Shown here: positions 1 through 10,973 of the stretch, one piece after another
Numbering within the stretch: the stretch's first letter is position 1
Layout: each line of letters begins with the position of its first letter
Assembly: GCA_963841015.1 (NCBI GenBank)
Contig: CAWJAX010000003.1
Coordinates: 832,001 to 896,000, forward strand
DNA length: 64,000 nt
Reading direction: 5' to 3'
Origin: an uncultured Methanoregulaceae archaeon
GTDB taxonomy: Archaea > Halobacteriota > Methanomicrobia > Methanomicrobiales > Methanospirillaceae
The notes under the pieces: generated by a model
What the model was told of the DNA's origin: nothing
Databases searched by the model: none
The model's input: the letters and a program-made list of their open reading frames with translations, nothing else
Position numbers and translations under genes: made by a program

Positions 1-469
1 CCATGCCTGCACCCATGGTTACCCGCGGACTTGCATTATGCTCCGGGAACGGGACATGCGCAGCACCGATACCCAGAATAAGGGAGGGGTCGATCTCAAG
101 GTGGGTATGATCCGGCGTTACATTCTCCGGGTTCATCGCGATGAGGAGATCTTCTTCCTCTTCTGCATCAATGAACTCAATCAGTCCGCGCTGGACAAAA
201 GAGGATATGTCAACTTCCTTTTTAGCCAGTTTTACAAGGTCTTCACCCGTAATAAGCGGTTCACCGTTTTTCAGGACAATAAGCGGGCGGCGGGCTCGGC
301 CACGGTCGGTAAGAATCACAACATCCCCGTTGTATTCCTTGTGTGAAACATTCACTTCATATGAGATAGCACCCTGACGTCGCATAGACCTGATATTGGC
401 CACAAGTGCTTTTGCATCATCATCGAGTCCGATAAGGGCCCCGTCAACAAACACGCGGGACTTCTTCAT
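1..469 (-). CDS. rpoB1: DNA-directed RNA polymerase subunit B' (5' part; runs off window start)
   Basis: Manual translation from ATG at 469, overlapping the rpoB'' stop (ATGA): MKKSRVFVDGALIG...TDRGRARRPL...EFIDAEEEE...HTHLEIDP...PFPEHNASPRVTMGAGM. Not in the ORF track. Confidence 0.95.
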   Translation of the reverse strand, partial: MKKSRVFVDGALIGLDDDAKALVANIRSMRRQGAISYEVNVSHKEYNGDVVILTDRGRARRPLIVLKNGEPLITGEDLVKLAKKEVDISSFVQRGLIEFIDAEEEEDLLIAMNPENVTPDHTHLEIDPSLILGIGAAHVPFPEHNASPRVTMGAGM

Positions 470-2034
470 CGTGCTTCACCCCGGATATGCTCAACACCGA
501 GATTATGCAGAAGTCGCCGGACTTCGGCTTCATCATCAACACCCTTGGATATCTCAACCATCTGTGCAAAGTTCTTGACCAGACCACAATTGGGTCCTTC
601 AGGTGTTTCACTCGGACAGATCCGTCCCCACTGGGTCGGGTGAAGGTCACGAGCTTCGAAGTGTGGCTGTGAGCGCGAAAGCGGGGAAATAACCCGACGC
701 AGGTGGGATAGGACTGCCATATGGTCTACCCGGTCAAGCAGCTGGGAGACACCGGTTCTTCCCCCAACCCAGTTACCCGTCGCGAGCGGATGTAACAACC
801 GCTCAGTGAGAACATCTGCCCGAACCGCAGTTGCGATTGACAAGTCGCGGTGTCGCATGCTGGCGCGTTCAAGCTGGTATTTGATATCCCGTGTAAGCCG
901 GTTAAGGGAAATACGGAAAAGGTCCTCCATAAGATCACCGGCAAGTTTCAACCGTTTGTTGGAGTAATGGTCCTTATCATCAACCCTGCGTTTGTCCAAC
1001 ACGAGATCAAAACACGCCTCTGCCATACGTCCCAGGAAGTGACCCTTTGCAAGTCGCACGGATAGCACGGCTTCCTGGTAGCCCTCGTCTCCTTCCTTTA
1101 AATTTGCAGGCATTGAGTAGTTGAGATGTGGCAGGAGGTAATTGTCCAGCACGAATTCCGCCCGTTTGCGCTGGTAATCCTTCGTCTGGTTGGGTGCGAG
1201 CTTTTTGCCAACGTACATGATACCACCTTCAACTGAATCGCACTCGCTCTCTTCCAGATTCTGCATCATGAAGGTAAGGATATCCTCATCAGGAGAAACT
1301 GCATTTACAACTTCCTGATCGTTCGTCATTCCGAGAGCACGCATCAGGTCAACAAATTTAAGGTGCCCGGCAACTGACGGGAATGATACCTCAAGCAGGT
1401 TCTTTTTATTTCGCTCAACAACGACAAGTGCACGGTACCCACGGAACTGCGAAAAGACTTTTGCGACATAGATCCGCTCATTGTATCGCTCGGTGAATTC
1501 GGTCATAATCTTGTTGGATGCGAGATCCTCAAGGGTCATGAGCACACGTTCAGTACCGTTTACAATGAAATATCCGCCCGGGTCGAATGCGTCCTCACCA
1601 TGGGAGATACGCTGCATATCATCCATACCATAAAGATTGCAGGCATGCGATCCAACCATAATGGGGAGTTGCCCGATTGTGGTGATTATTGGCTCCTGCC
1701 GTTCCTCACCATGTACAAGGGTGAGTCCTAGCTGGATCGGCGCTGCATAGGTAAGATTACGCAGTCGTGCTTCGCAGGGGTACAGTTCTCCCTGAGATCC
1801 ATCTGCTTCTCTGACAAGCGGTCGTTTTACCGTAATCGCGCCTAATTCCACCCAGACAGGCTCATTGTTCTTTCCCCGGTTTTCGATATCCGTTTCGATA
1901 ACCCGCTGCTCGTTGACCACTTTCTGAAGATTGTGCTTTAAGAAATAATTGAAAGAGTCAAGTTGGTGGCGCGCAACATGCTCCCGTGAAAAATACGCCT
2001 TTGATAAAATACTTCTGTCGATCAGACTGACCAC
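466..2034 (-). CDS. rpoB2: DNA-directed RNA polymerase subunit B''
   Basis: RpoB N-half motifs: EARLRNLTY, GGYFIVNGTERV, DDKDHYSNKRL, ICPSETPEGPNCGLVKN. Confidence 0.97.
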   Translation of the reverse strand: MVSLIDRSILSKAYFSREHVARHQLDSFNYFLKHNLQKVVNEQRVIETDIENRGKNNEPVWVELGAITVKRPLVREADGSQGELYPCEARLRNLTYAAPIQLGLTLVHGEERQEPIITTIGQLPIMVGSHACNLYGMDDMQRISHGEDAFDPGGYFIVNGTERVLMTLEDLASNKIMTEFTERYNERIYVAKVFSQFRGYRALVVVERNKKNLLEVSFPSVAGHLKFVDLMRALGMTNDQEVVNAVSPDEDILTFMMQNLEESECDSVEGGIMYVGKKLAPNQTKDYQRKRAEFVLDNYLLPHLNYSMPANLKEGDEGYQEAVLSVRLAKGHFLGRMAEACFDLVLDKRRVDDKDHYSNKRLKLAGDLMEDLFRISLNRLTRDIKYQLERASMRHRDLSIATAVRADVLTERLLHPLATGNWVGGRTGVSQLLDRVDHMAVLSHLRRVISPLSRSQPHFEARDLHPTQWGRICPSETPEGPNCGLVKNFAQMVEISKGVDDEAEVRRLLHNLGVEHIRGEAR

Positions 2035-2042
2035 CCCAATAA

Positions 2043-2294
2043 TTATTTCTTCGGTCTCTTGATTACGAGGCGATATGCCTCAGCCCTGCCAGCCGTATGA
2101 CTAATCCGGACAATTCGTATAACATCGTCAACGCTTGCGCCAATAGATTTGACCGCTGGATCGTCATGGAAAATTTTAGGTAATTGTTCCGTAGTAATGT
2201 TGTAGTGGGAGAGGAGCGCAGATACCTCGTCCTCACTCATGATTTTATGGTCTGGCACCATCACGTGCTTCAACACATTCAGTTTGGTGCTCAA
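2043..2294 (-). CDS. rpoH: DNA-directed RNA polymerase subunit H
   Basis: HVMVPDH, LPKI..DDP and YRLV motifs; directly upstream of rpoB''. Confidence 0.96.
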   Translation of the reverse strand: MSTKLNVLKHVMVPDHKIMSEDEVSALLSHYNITTEQLPKIFHDDPAVKSIGASVDDVIRIVRISHTAGRAEAYRLVIKRPKK

Positions 2295-2370
2295 TGAAAA
2301 ACCCCCTCACCTATGAATAAATTTCCTTTCAGATGCATCACCGCAAAAAACCCACGATTCCTCGTGGCAA

Positions 2371-2444
2371 CGGGCCCGGAGGGATTTGAACCCCCGACCA
2401 CCTGGTTAAAAGCCAGGCGCTCTACCGAACTGAGCTACGAACCC
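2371..2444 (-). tRNA. tRNA-Lys (TTT)
   Basis: Reverse complement folds as a cloverleaf: acceptor GGGTTCG/CGGGCCC, anticodon arm CCTGG-CTTTTAA-CCAGG, T-loop GTTCAAATC. Confidence 0.95.
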
Positions 2445-2564
2445 AATGTATACTAAGATGTACAGCATTATAACAATGCCAAAAAACTATATATAGATTC
2501 CCCAAAAAAAAGTTTGAAATCGGACAACATTCAACTGTTTTTTATTCTGAGTTGAAAATTCCCG

Positions 2565-2771
2565 GACTCTGTAGAAATACTCAATCAAAAGCTAAACGTT
2601 CAAGTGGGTTTCACCCCCGCAGCTATGGCTCCCCCGTTGCGATAAACCCCGAACAGGTGCGCCGTCATCATTGTTCAGCGCAGGGGCGGTATGGGGGACA
2701 GGCACTGCCCCCTCCTTCATCGTACCTGCATCTTGAATTTCATATCAAGGGAAAAGGAATGCTGCAGAGCC
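2565..2771 (-). mobile_element. MITE copy 1 (internally deleted, ~207 bp), ISL3-like ends
   Basis: Reverse complement aligns by eye to ~34600-34795. Ends GACTCTGTAG / CTGCAGAGCC are imperfect inverted repeats. Flanks AATTCCCG / TATTCCCG match at 7/8. Confidence 0.75.
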
Positions 2772-2899
2772 TATTCCCGTTTAATCTTCGCCAAAAAGTC
2801 TCAATGCCCTTTAATAGGATATTCTCTCTGCGATAATCTGAATAAAAAAAAGGCAGCCTGAAATTCACCATCTTAATCTGCCATGGTAAAAAAGAAGGA

Positions 2900-3536
2900 C
2901 TACTTTGATGAGGGGTTACCTGATAATTCCCCTTTTATCTGTTGAAGCCGGCTCTCCTGAATTTTTACATTCATCTCCATATTCTTGATTGCGCTTGAGA
3001 TCTCTTCACTGACTCTGACTTTAGAATCATCGAAATTATAGGTAGTCTCGAGAATCTTCATGAGGCGCTTGTTTACATCAATAGTTTTACTTAAGCGGGC
3101 ATATTCAGTGATGATCTCAGCATCGAACCCGGATTGTTTTGCAATGTCAATATCAGATTTGATAGACTGTCTTCTGCTGAGGACATGCTCGATCGCGTCA
3201 TACAATTCGCGGTGAGTGATTGGCTTTAAAACATAATCTTCGATATAAATTCCGTATTCCTGTGCTTCTGCTGGCGAAAGCTCGCTTAGCGGTAAGCATG
3301 AGTACCGGGATCTCCTTGGTCTGGGAATTCTCCTTGATCTTTTCAAGGGTTTCCCAACCGTCCATGGGTTCCATCATGATATCCAGAAGGATCAGATCAG
3401 GAGTCACCGTCTTTAAAATCTCAAGACATTCCTCCCCCCCATATGCAGCAACAGTACGGTAACCGCCTCGCTCCAGCATGGTGACAAATACATCAACGAT
3501 GAATGGACTGTCATCGACAACAAGTATAGTATTCAT
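2900..3536 (-). CDS. Response regulator receiver protein with C-terminal coiled extension (frameshift near 3285)
   Basis: ILVVDDS...LILLDIMMEPMDG...MLTA continues in another frame as DYVLKP (ORFs 3198-3536 and 2900-3346). Confidence 0.85.
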
Positions 3537-3880
3537 CTCTTCGACTCCCCAGACCTCTTTGCATCGCGCTCTGCCGATATTATTGTATCCATGAATGGTA
3601 AGATTTCCTCTTTTACCATGGTCTTTGCACCTGCTGCACTACCAGTTATAATTCATAATGCCTGATTGAACCATATATACATATCTTTTTTTTTCCTCGG
3701 TTGATGGGGTACAGCGAAATGTGCGTTCAAGGTCAGGAATTTCAGTTGAAAATATCCTGCGAGATGAGAGGTCTCACGACGCGTAACTATCCTGTTGGTA
3801 AGATTATTACCTAAAATGCCAATATTTCAATTTTTACGATAACAAGATAAATAAATGAAATAAGCCAATAGTAAGAGAGC

Positions 3881-3954
3881 GGGGCCATAGGGTAGCCTGG
3901 CCATCCTAGGAGACTGGGGGTCTTCTGACCTGAGTTCAAATCTCAGTGGCCCCA
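3881..3954 (+). tRNA. tRNA-Pro (GGG)
   Basis: Acceptor GGGGCCA/TGGCCCC-A, anticodon arm GGAGA-CTGGGGG-TCTTC, T-loop GTTCAAATC. Confidence 0.93.
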
Positions 3955-3994
3955 TTTCAGATAGTGTTTTCGATCCTTGTTTTTGGTTGTTGTT

Positions 3995-4849
3995 ATGAAA
4001 ATTACCGAACTATGCATTGATTGTTTACTTTCCCGTGTGGAACTTGAATGTACATTGTGCGGTGCTGATTCTGCTCTCACGGATGCAACAATGTCTGAGT
4101 GCAGGAGACTGATGGGAGAAATTCGTTCCGCACCGCTCAGCCACCCTCAGATTGCGAGCCGTATCCACCGGAGGGCTTATGATATCCTGGGTAATCCCGA
4201 TCCATTCGCAGAACTCAAAGATCTGGGAAATCAGCAGGCAAGAGAAGTCTGCAAAGAAGTCCGTAAGAACCTGTCAACATTCCGCGATTATGTTCTTGCA
4301 TCCGTAATCGGGAACACATTTGATTATGGGGTCAAAGGTCATACTGTGGAAGAAAATTTTTCTGCTTTTTTCCAGAGAGAATTTGCACAAGGGCTCACTA
4401 TAGATGATACCGATAAAATCGCTCCTCTCTGCTCCCGTGTTGTGTATCTGAGCGACAATTGCGGCGAAATTGTACTCGATCGTCTCTTGATCGAATACCT
4501 CAAGTCGCAGGGATCTCAGGTTACCCTTGCTGTCAAAGAGTTCCCGATTCTCAATGATGCAACATTGAAGGATGCTCATGAACTGGGACTTGACACTCTG
4601 GTTGATCATATCACAACAAACGGCGGAGGTGCGGAGATCGGTATATGCAGGGAAAATATTCCTGAAGATCTTCGGCATGCAATAGCAAAATGCACAATCA
4701 TCATTGCAAAGGGAATGGCAAATTTTGAGTCCCTGTCCGAGATGGACAACCTTCCGCCGGTAGCTTACCTGATGGCAGCAAAATGCAAGCCTGTTGCAGA
4801 TGAGGTTGGAGTTCCCGTAGGCTCAAAGATCGCGCTGTTACGAACCTGA
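3995..4849 (+). CDS. DUF89/ARMT1-family damage-control phosphatase
   Basis: N-terminal CxxC, GNTFDYG, DNCGE, PILNDAT, KGMANFE motifs. Confidence 0.88.
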   Translation: MKITELCIDCLLSRVELECTLCGADSALTDATMSECRRLMGEIRSAPLSHPQIASRIHRRAYDILGNPDPFAELKDLGNQQAREVCKEVRKNLSTFRDYVLASVIGNTFDYGVKGHTVEENFSAFFQREFAQGLTIDDTDKIAPLCSRVVYLSDNCGEIVLDRLLIEYLKSQGSQVTLAVKEFPILNDATLKDAHELGLDTLVDHITTNGGGAEIGICRENIPEDLRHAIAKCTIIIAKGMANFESLSEMDNLPPVAYLMAAKCKPVADEVGVPVGSKIALLRT

Positions 4850-4965
4850 CAGCGGCGATTGTCTCTTCTTTGACCTGTGCTTCACAATTTTTCTTTTTTC
4901 AAAAAATTCATAATGGCAGTTTCCGGATGGTTTTTACCAGATATGCACCTATACTGGGATAAGGG

Positions 4966-5928
4966 ATGTATTATCCGAATTTCAAGGACACAATCGCAGC
5001 ATCACCCTATATTTTCATCCTGGGTGTAGCTGGTGACAGTGGATCAGGAAAGACTACGTTTACCGAAGGTATTCGGAGCATCTTCGGACCAGACCTTGTG
5101 TCCACCCTTACTCTTGATGATTATCACAGTCTCGACCGTGAAGGACGCAGGAAGCAGGGACTGACCGCTCTAAATCCAAAGGCAAACCGGATTGATCAGC
5201 TCGAACAGGATCTTGTCCAGCTGAAAAGCGGGGAACCGGTCGAAAAGCCGGTCTATAATCATACAAACGGAGTATTTGACCCGCCGGTCATCTTTCATCC
5301 GAAAAAAATCCTCATCCTCGAAGGACTTCACACGCTGTTCACCCCTGCGCTGCGTAAATACCTGGATTTTACCCTTTTTGTAGATCCAGCCAAAGAGGTA
5401 AAAACTGACTGGAAGATCCTTCGCGATATGAAAATACGTGGTTATTCCCGTGATGCTGTCATCAAGGAGATAGCCGAAAGGGAACCGGATTACAAGCGCT
5501 ACATCGCTCCCCAAAAAGAGTTTGCTGATGCAGTTATAGGCATTGATTATTCAGAATACGGTCGGCACCTTGGGAAGGAGAGAAATGTTTATCGTATCAC
5601 GCTCTCCCAGAACAGGATGAAACATTCTATTGAGAACATTGATCTCTCCCTTGACCTGTACTCTATCCTGTCCCTTTCAGAGCGAAACTTCTCCCTGAAA
5701 TTTCTTACGAGCGAACATAATGGTCACAAGATGGGAGAGATGATTATGGATGGTGAACTAAGTGAACATGTGGTGAAAAAGCTCGAACTCAGCATCGAGC
5801 AGCAGACCCGGGTTCACCCCATTTCCATCTTTAGAAACCGGAAATACATCACGGCCGGGGATCTTGCACAACTGATTCTCTGCTGGCGCATTATCCACCG
5901 CCGGATATTTATTGAATCACGACAGTAA
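4966..5928 (+). CDS. prk: Phosphoribulokinase (archaeal type)
   Basis: GVAGDSGSGKTT P-loop, LDDYHSLDR, YNH, EGLH, WK..RD...RGYS, R.PDY..YI.PQK are PRK-type motifs. Confidence 0.85.
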   Translation: MYYPNFKDTIAASPYIFILGVAGDSGSGKTTFTEGIRSIFGPDLVSTLTLDDYHSLDREGRRKQGLTALNPKANRIDQLEQDLVQLKSGEPVEKPVYNHTNGVFDPPVIFHPKKILILEGLHTLFTPALRKYLDFTLFVDPAKEVKTDWKILRDMKIRGYSRDAVIKEIAEREPDYKRYIAPQKEFADAVIGIDYSEYGRHLGKERNVYRITLSQNRMKHSIENIDLSLDLYSILSLSERNFSLKFLTSEHNGHKMGEMIMDGELSEHVVKKLELSIEQQTRVHPISIFRNRKYITAGDLAQLILCWRIIHRRIFIESRQ

Positions 5929-5989
5929 TCGTATTTTTGTACTAAAATATATCGGAACGAGAACTTTTCAACCAAGGAAAGACTACTCC

Positions 5990-7030
5990 ATGAAAAAGAT
6001 TGCAGTCATGACAGGAGGGGGAGATTGCCCTGGACTCAACGCGGTAATAAGGGCGGTAGTACGATCGGGTTTGAGCTATGATATTGATACACTGGGAATA
6101 CACGACGGTTGGCAGGGACTTATTGAAGGCAACCTTGAAACGCTCACCGAGGCATCGGTTTCCGGTATCACATCTATGGGGGGCACTATCCTTGGCACAT
6201 CACGGACAGATCCGCTCAAAAAACCCGGCGATTTGGAAAAGATCAGAGATGCAATAAAAAAACATAGTATCGAAGCCCTTGTGGTCATAGGGGGAAACGG
6301 GACGCTCTCCGCAGCGTATGAATTAACCTCAAGGGGCATCCCACTCATCGGTGTACCAAAAACCATAGATAACGATATTTTCGGTACTGATCTGGCTGTT
6401 GGTTTTGACACTGCAGTCTCTACAGTAACCGAAGCCATAGACCGGCTTCACACAACTGCGGAATCACATCACCGGATCATGGTGGTTGAGACTATGGGAC
6501 GTAGTGTGGGTTGGATCGCATTAATGGCGGGTATTGCGGGAGGAGCAGACATGATCCTGATTCCGGAGATACGATTCACCATGGAAAATGTTTGCAAAGA
6601 TCTCAAAGCCCGTTATATGACAGGAAAAAAATTCTCCATTGTGGTAGTGGCCGAAGGGACACATCATGAGGATATCGCAGGTATGGCAGTTCCCGAATGT
6701 AATCGCGATGAATGCGGGCATGAGAAATTTGTCGGCGTGGGGAACCTTCTCGGAAAGGAACTCGAAAAACGGCTCAGTATTGAAACCCGGGTAACTGTTC
6801 TGGGCCATGTCCAGCGTGGAGGTATGCCCACCTCATTCGACAGGATCCTCGCTACGCGATTCGGGGTCTCAGCAATTGAGCAGATTGTTGCAAACAACTT
6901 CGGTTGCATGGTTGCCCTGCAGGGTAACCGTATTGTAACTGTACCACTCAGAGATGTTGCATCGCGGGTTAATGGGGTAAATCATGGTCTCTATTTTCAT
7001 GCAAAAAGAGTAATGAACGCGAGGGGATAA
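5990..7030 (+). CDS. pfkA: 6-phosphofructokinase, PfkA family
   Basis: TGGGDCPGLN, GGTILGTSR, GGNGT, PKTIDND, EtMGR, VAEG, LGHVQRGG motifs. Confidence 0.93.
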   Translation: MKKIAVMTGGGDCPGLNAVIRAVVRSGLSYDIDTLGIHDGWQGLIEGNLETLTEASVSGITSMGGTILGTSRTDPLKKPGDLEKIRDAIKKHSIEALVVIGGNGTLSAAYELTSRGIPLIGVPKTIDNDIFGTDLAVGFDTAVSTVTEAIDRLHTTAESHHRIMVVETMGRSVGWIALMAGIAGGADMILIPEIRFTMENVCKDLKARYMTGKKFSIVVVAEGTHHEDIAGMAVPECNRDECGHEKFVGVGNLLGKELEKRLSIETRVTVLGHVQRGGMPTSFDRILATRFGVSAIEQIVANNFGCMVALQGNRIVTVPLRDVASRVNGVNHGLYFHAKRVMNARG

Positions 7031-7060
7031 ATCCTCAATTCCTCAAGCTTGATGAGATGT

Positions 7061-8353
7061 TCAGATATGCAGCAGATAGGGCAATGCGATGAGGGAAACC
7101 AGCACAACAAGCATGAGATAGCTGACAGCACCGGTAACATAACTTGAATATTTCAGAAGCCCGCGACGATCGAGCAGCCGGTCAACACCTTCTTTAAAGA
7201 TATACCCGCCATCGAGCGGGACCATCGGGATAGCATTGAATATTCCAACATTGATATTGATCCAGGCGCACCAGAAGAGCAGGTGTATAATACCCCAGAA
7301 GCCCTCAAAGGGGACTTTATAGTAGACGGTGTCAGGTGTTTCAAATGCAAGAATCCGGAGGAACTGAATACCGGAATCATTTGCGAAGGGGATGATCAGG
7401 AACTGGAAAAAACCCAGGGGCGATAACATTCCCTGAACAACTGCCATAACTGCTGTACCATCATAATACTCAACACCCATGAATCCACTCGTCCTGTCGG
7501 GGATATCCCCAGGCCAGGCCGAAAGGGTGAGCTGGTAGTCCTTCACAATTTTATCTTTTTCCACCGTGAGAGTCAGCGTGTTTCCGGGTTTTGTTGTATT
7601 CAGGATAGCTGAAACATCAACCCTGCTGGTAACCGGAATTCCATTTACTGCGGTAACTATCGAACCTGGGGGAATTCCGGCGCCGGCTGCAGGATAATCC
7701 TTATAGACTCCCTGAATGACCGGCTGACTGACAGGAGTGACCAGTCCCATGAAGAGGATCAGGAGGATAAAACAGGAAAAACCGACGACAAGATTATTGG
7801 TGATCCCGGCACCGAACATGCGGACCTTGGCCATTCCTTTGGTCTTATCAAGTTCTTCTTCATCGGGCTCAACAAAAAATCCAATAGGAATTACGGCGAT
7901 GAGCGCCCCCATGGTCTTTACTTTGATATTCTCAACGCGACAGAGAATCGCGTGCCCGAATTCATGAACGCCAATGGTGATGATAAATGCAAGCCAGACC
8001 GCAAGGGTTGAGGGAACGTACTCGTTGATACCAGGGAGAAGCAGGATATTCTGCGGTTTATAGATCCCGGTAGGTTCCGGTTGGACGAGGAGTGTATAGC
8101 GGACAGAGACAAAAAGCATAACGGTAATGAAGACCGAAACGATGATGACGGCGATAACGCCGGCCGTCCCATAGATCCGGAAGAACGTGCGGAATGCGGC
8201 AAATTTGTCAAAAAATCCGACTCTGTTCGTTTTGAGCGCAAGAATCGGGCCATAGAAAGTTATGTGATCCTCCCAGAGTTTCCGGGAGTGGATATAGAAT
8301 GCTATCGCAGCGTAAGCAGCGATAAGAAAAATGATCAGGAGGATCCAGTTCAT
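7061..8353 (-). CDS. Site-2 (M50) intramembrane metalloprotease with PDZ domain
   Basis: HEFGH and NAIPMVPLDGG motifs, multiple TM segments, PDZ-like insert. Confidence 0.92.
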   Translation of the reverse strand: MNWILLIIFLIAAYAAIAFYIHSRKLWEDHITFYGPILALKTNRVGFFDKFAAFRTFFRIYGTAGVIAVIIVSVFITVMLFVSVRYTLLVQPEPTGIYKPQNILLLPGINEYVPSTLAVWLAFIITIGVHEFGHAILCRVENIKVKTMGALIAVIPIGFFVEPDEEELDKTKGMAKVRMFGAGITNNLVVGFSCFILLILFMGLVTPVSQPVIQGVYKDYPAAGAGIPPGSIVTAVNGIPVTSRVDVSAILNTTKPGNTLTLTVEKDKIVKDYQLTLSAWPGDIPDRTSGFMGVEYYDGTAVMAVVQGMLSPLGFFQFLIIPFANDSGIQFLRILAFETPDTVYYKVPFEGFWGIIHLLFWCAWININVGIFNAIPMVPLDGGYIFKEGVDRLLDRRGLLKYSSYVTGAVSYLMLVVLVSLIALPYLLHI

Positions 8354-8423
8354 TCGTTATTCATTGCATTGCAGGCCACATAAAACAATGGCTCATAGCA
8401 GTCAGACGGGATGGGAGAAGAGA

Positions 8424-9065
8424 TCAGAAAAATTGTGAGAGCTGGCTCTGCTGTTTTTTTCCGAGCATGGCAGTGACGGTCTTCCAGCTTTTCCTTGCAA
8501 TGGGCGGGGGACATTTGTGCTCATCGATATATGCGGAAAGGAATGCAATGGTGACCGGATCCGAAGGATACCCGCTTCCGATCTCCCCGTACTTTTTAGA
8601 AAGGGCAGTAATCGCCCGGTCGCGGGTAACTTTTGCGACGATGCTTGCAGCAGAGACTACTTTATACGTCTGATCTGCGTTGTGCTCGGATACGACCTCG
8701 CAGCTCGTTTCAAGATGACTTTTCACCATGTCTGCATAGCGGAATGCGTTTACATCGCAGGCATCAACATACGCGATTGCCGGTGAAAGCTTGTCTATGG
8801 CCTGTGCATGCGCCCTGGCAACGCAGGCATTCATGGTCATTCCCGTGCGGATCTCATCAATCTCGTGCGCGTCAATGCGTATTGTTGCCACCCGGAAGCG
8901 CTTCCTGATAGTGATATAAAGATGTTCCCGTACCTTAGGGGATAGCAGCTTTGAGTCAGCCACTTCAACTTCGGCAAATACATTCTCAGAGGATACTCCC
9001 ACAGCAGCGATAACCATCGGGCCCAGCACAGATCCCTTTCCTGCCTCATCCACCCCACAGATCAC
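8424..9065 (-). CDS. rnhB: Ribonuclease HII
   Basis: GVDEAGKG, DSK, VSAASIVAKVTRD, GSGYPSDP motifs. Confidence 0.96.
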   Translation of the reverse strand: MICGVDEAGKGSVLGPMVIAAVGVSSENVFAEVEVADSKLLSPKVREHLYITIRKRFRVATIRIDAHEIDEIRTGMTMNACVARAHAQAIDKLSPAIAYVDACDVNAFRYADMVKSHLETSCEVVSEHNADQTYKVVSAASIVAKVTRDRAITALSKKYGEIGSGYPSDPVTIAFLSAYIDEHKCPPPIARKSWKTVTAMLGKKQQSQLSQFF

Positions 9066-9119
9066 ATGGATTGGTTATTGCGCAAATTATTTCAATGCCG
9101 ATGATGGTAACCGGTAGTC

Positions 9120-9788
9120 ATGTATATTATCATCGTGGGGCTCGGAGGAATCGGCAAAAACCTGGCAAAACAGGCGGTGGAACATGCAAACAATGTTGTT
9201 GTTATTGATCAGGACGAAAGCCGTTGTAGCGACGTTCTCGAGCATTATGATGTACTGGCAGTGACCGGCAATGCAACCGACAAAACTACCCTTGAGGAAG
9301 CCGGGATTGATCGGGCAGATGCCCTGATTGCAACCACAAGTGATGATTCGGTCAACCTTATGACCTGCTGGCTTGCAAAAAAGTTCCGTGTTCAAAATGT
9401 AGTTTCTATCGTCAACCAGTCCTCACACTCGGATTTTTTTAAGGAAGTCGGGGTCAGGATAAGCGAGAACCCTGACGAGCTTGTTGCGTCACGCCTCTAC
9501 TACTGGACGCAGAACCCCCAGCTCCAGCAGCTTGCCTCAATCCCTGGTGGAACCATCTTCGATATCGTCGCCGAGCAGGGTGCTCCCATTGTCGGGCACG
9601 AAATCCGTGAGCTGAAAGTAAAAGATTTCGTGTTCATCGCAATCCGCAGATCCGGGGGCGAACTGATCATTCCAAGTGGCAATGTCAGAATCCAGCCCAA
9701 TGATATCTTCACGGTTTTCACGAAAAAAGAGGCTGAAGATGATTGCCTCCGTCTCCTCAACAGGCAACTAAAAAAATCAGCGGATTGA
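9120..9788 (+). CDS. trkA: TrkA-family potassium uptake regulatory protein (RCK-N/RCK-C)
   Basis: GLGGIG Rossmann motif, GNAT...LEEAGI..AD, C-terminal RCK-C (IIPSG...IQPND). Confidence 0.85.
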   Translation: MYIIIVGLGGIGKNLAKQAVEHANNVVVIDQDESRCSDVLEHYDVLAVTGNATDKTTLEEAGIDRADALIATTSDDSVNLMTCWLAKKFRVQNVVSIVNQSSHSDFFKEVGVRISENPDELVASRLYYWTQNPQLQQLASIPGGTIFDIVAEQGAPIVGHEIRELKVKDFVFIAIRRSGGELIIPSGNVRIQPNDIFTVFTKKEAEDDCLRLLNRQLKKSAD

Positions 9789-10973
9789 TGCTGCGAGCGC
9801 GCCCAGATCGAGCATCAGTTTCGGGTTCACCCGGATTATTTCTGTTAATAAAGACAGGGTTGTGAACTCTTTAAGATTCACTTTTGATACGGAGTGAATA
9901 ATGTCGTTCAGTTTGTCATCGGGTTGTTTGATCAAATATTCCTTAATATGGTAGTTACGCTCGATGGTTTTCCCCATTTTTGATGCCCGCCATGTTGTGT
10001 CATATACCATAAGCTCCTTTTTCGAAACGTCTCCTTTCCCGATACATTCCGCAGCTACCTGAGCAGCAAGTCTTCCGGTATACATACTGTTGTAGATCCC
10101 ACCACCGGTGAGCGGGTCTACGACACGGGCTGCATCACCGGCAATTATGAGACCATTCGCAACCGTACAGTCAAGAGGCTTGCAGACGGATACACCACCG
10201 GCAATACATTCGATAAATTTCCCCTGAGGAAAGGTCTTTTTAACAAACCTGTCAAGGTAGTCTTTCGCCCGGTGACCTTCCCCGCTTTTTTTGCCGGAGA
10301 TCCCTACCCCGACATTTGCGGACCGTTCGCCCTTCGGAAAAACCCAGAGGTATCCCTGGGGTGCAATTTCGTTGCCCAGATAAAAGACGGTTGAGTGCTG
10401 ATCGATATCGATATCAGCCATCACATACTGGGCAGAGCTCATAATTTCACGGACAGGTACGGTGGTATCAATACCACACCATTTTGAGAATTTTGATTCA
10501 ACACCATCAGCAGCAATGACCACGTCAGCAGTAACATTCGATACTGTCCCACAGCACTCAATCTTTGCCCCTCTGACAAATCCATTTTCCATAATCGGGG
10601 CTGATGCACGGGTCTTGACTATAACATCCGCCCCGGCATCGGCCGCTTTCCAGACCAGCTCACGGTCAAAGAACTTTCGGTCAAGGATATATCCGACTTT
10701 GTTGCCTGCGAGCCCGGATTCGAGTTTCATTAAAAAACCATCGGGAGCTACGATGCTCGCCCCGGTCATCTCGACTGAGATACATTTTGGGTCGGGATCC
10801 ATGAACTCATGAAGGGCTTCTTTCCCGATTCCCTCGGCACAGCGGATGGGGACACCAATTGCCGGACGCTTTTCGACCAGACATGCAGAGAGTCCCTTCT
10901 CAACGGCAGTTTTGGCGGCAAGCGCACCTGCCGGACCTCCCCCGATGACCAAAACATCGTACTTATTTTTCAT
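9777..10973 (-). CDS. Digeranylgeranylglycerophospholipid reductase (geranylgeranyl reductase family)
   Basis: [29 protein letters not shown] (PxxYxWxFP), GDAA...PLTGGGI motifs. Confidence 0.9.
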   Translation of the reverse strand: MKNKYDVLVIGGGPAGALAAKTAVEKGLSACLVEKRPAIGVPIRCAEGIGKEALHEFMDPDPKCISVEMTGASIVAPDGFLMKLESGLAGNKVGYILDRKFFDRELVWKAADAGADVIVKTRASAPIMENGFVRGAKIECCGTVSNVTADVVIAADGVESKFSKWCGIDTTVPVREIMSSAQYVMADIDIDQHSTVFYLGNEIAPQGYLWVFPKGERSANVGVGISGKKSGEGHRAKDYLDRFVKKTFPQGKFIECIAGGVSVCKPLDCTVANGLIIAGDAARVVDPLTGGGIYNSMYTGRLAAQVAAECIGKGDVSKKELMVYDTTWRASKMGKTIERNYHIKEYLIKQPDDKLNDIIHSVSKVNLKEFTTLSLLTEIIRVNPKLMLDLGALAASIR

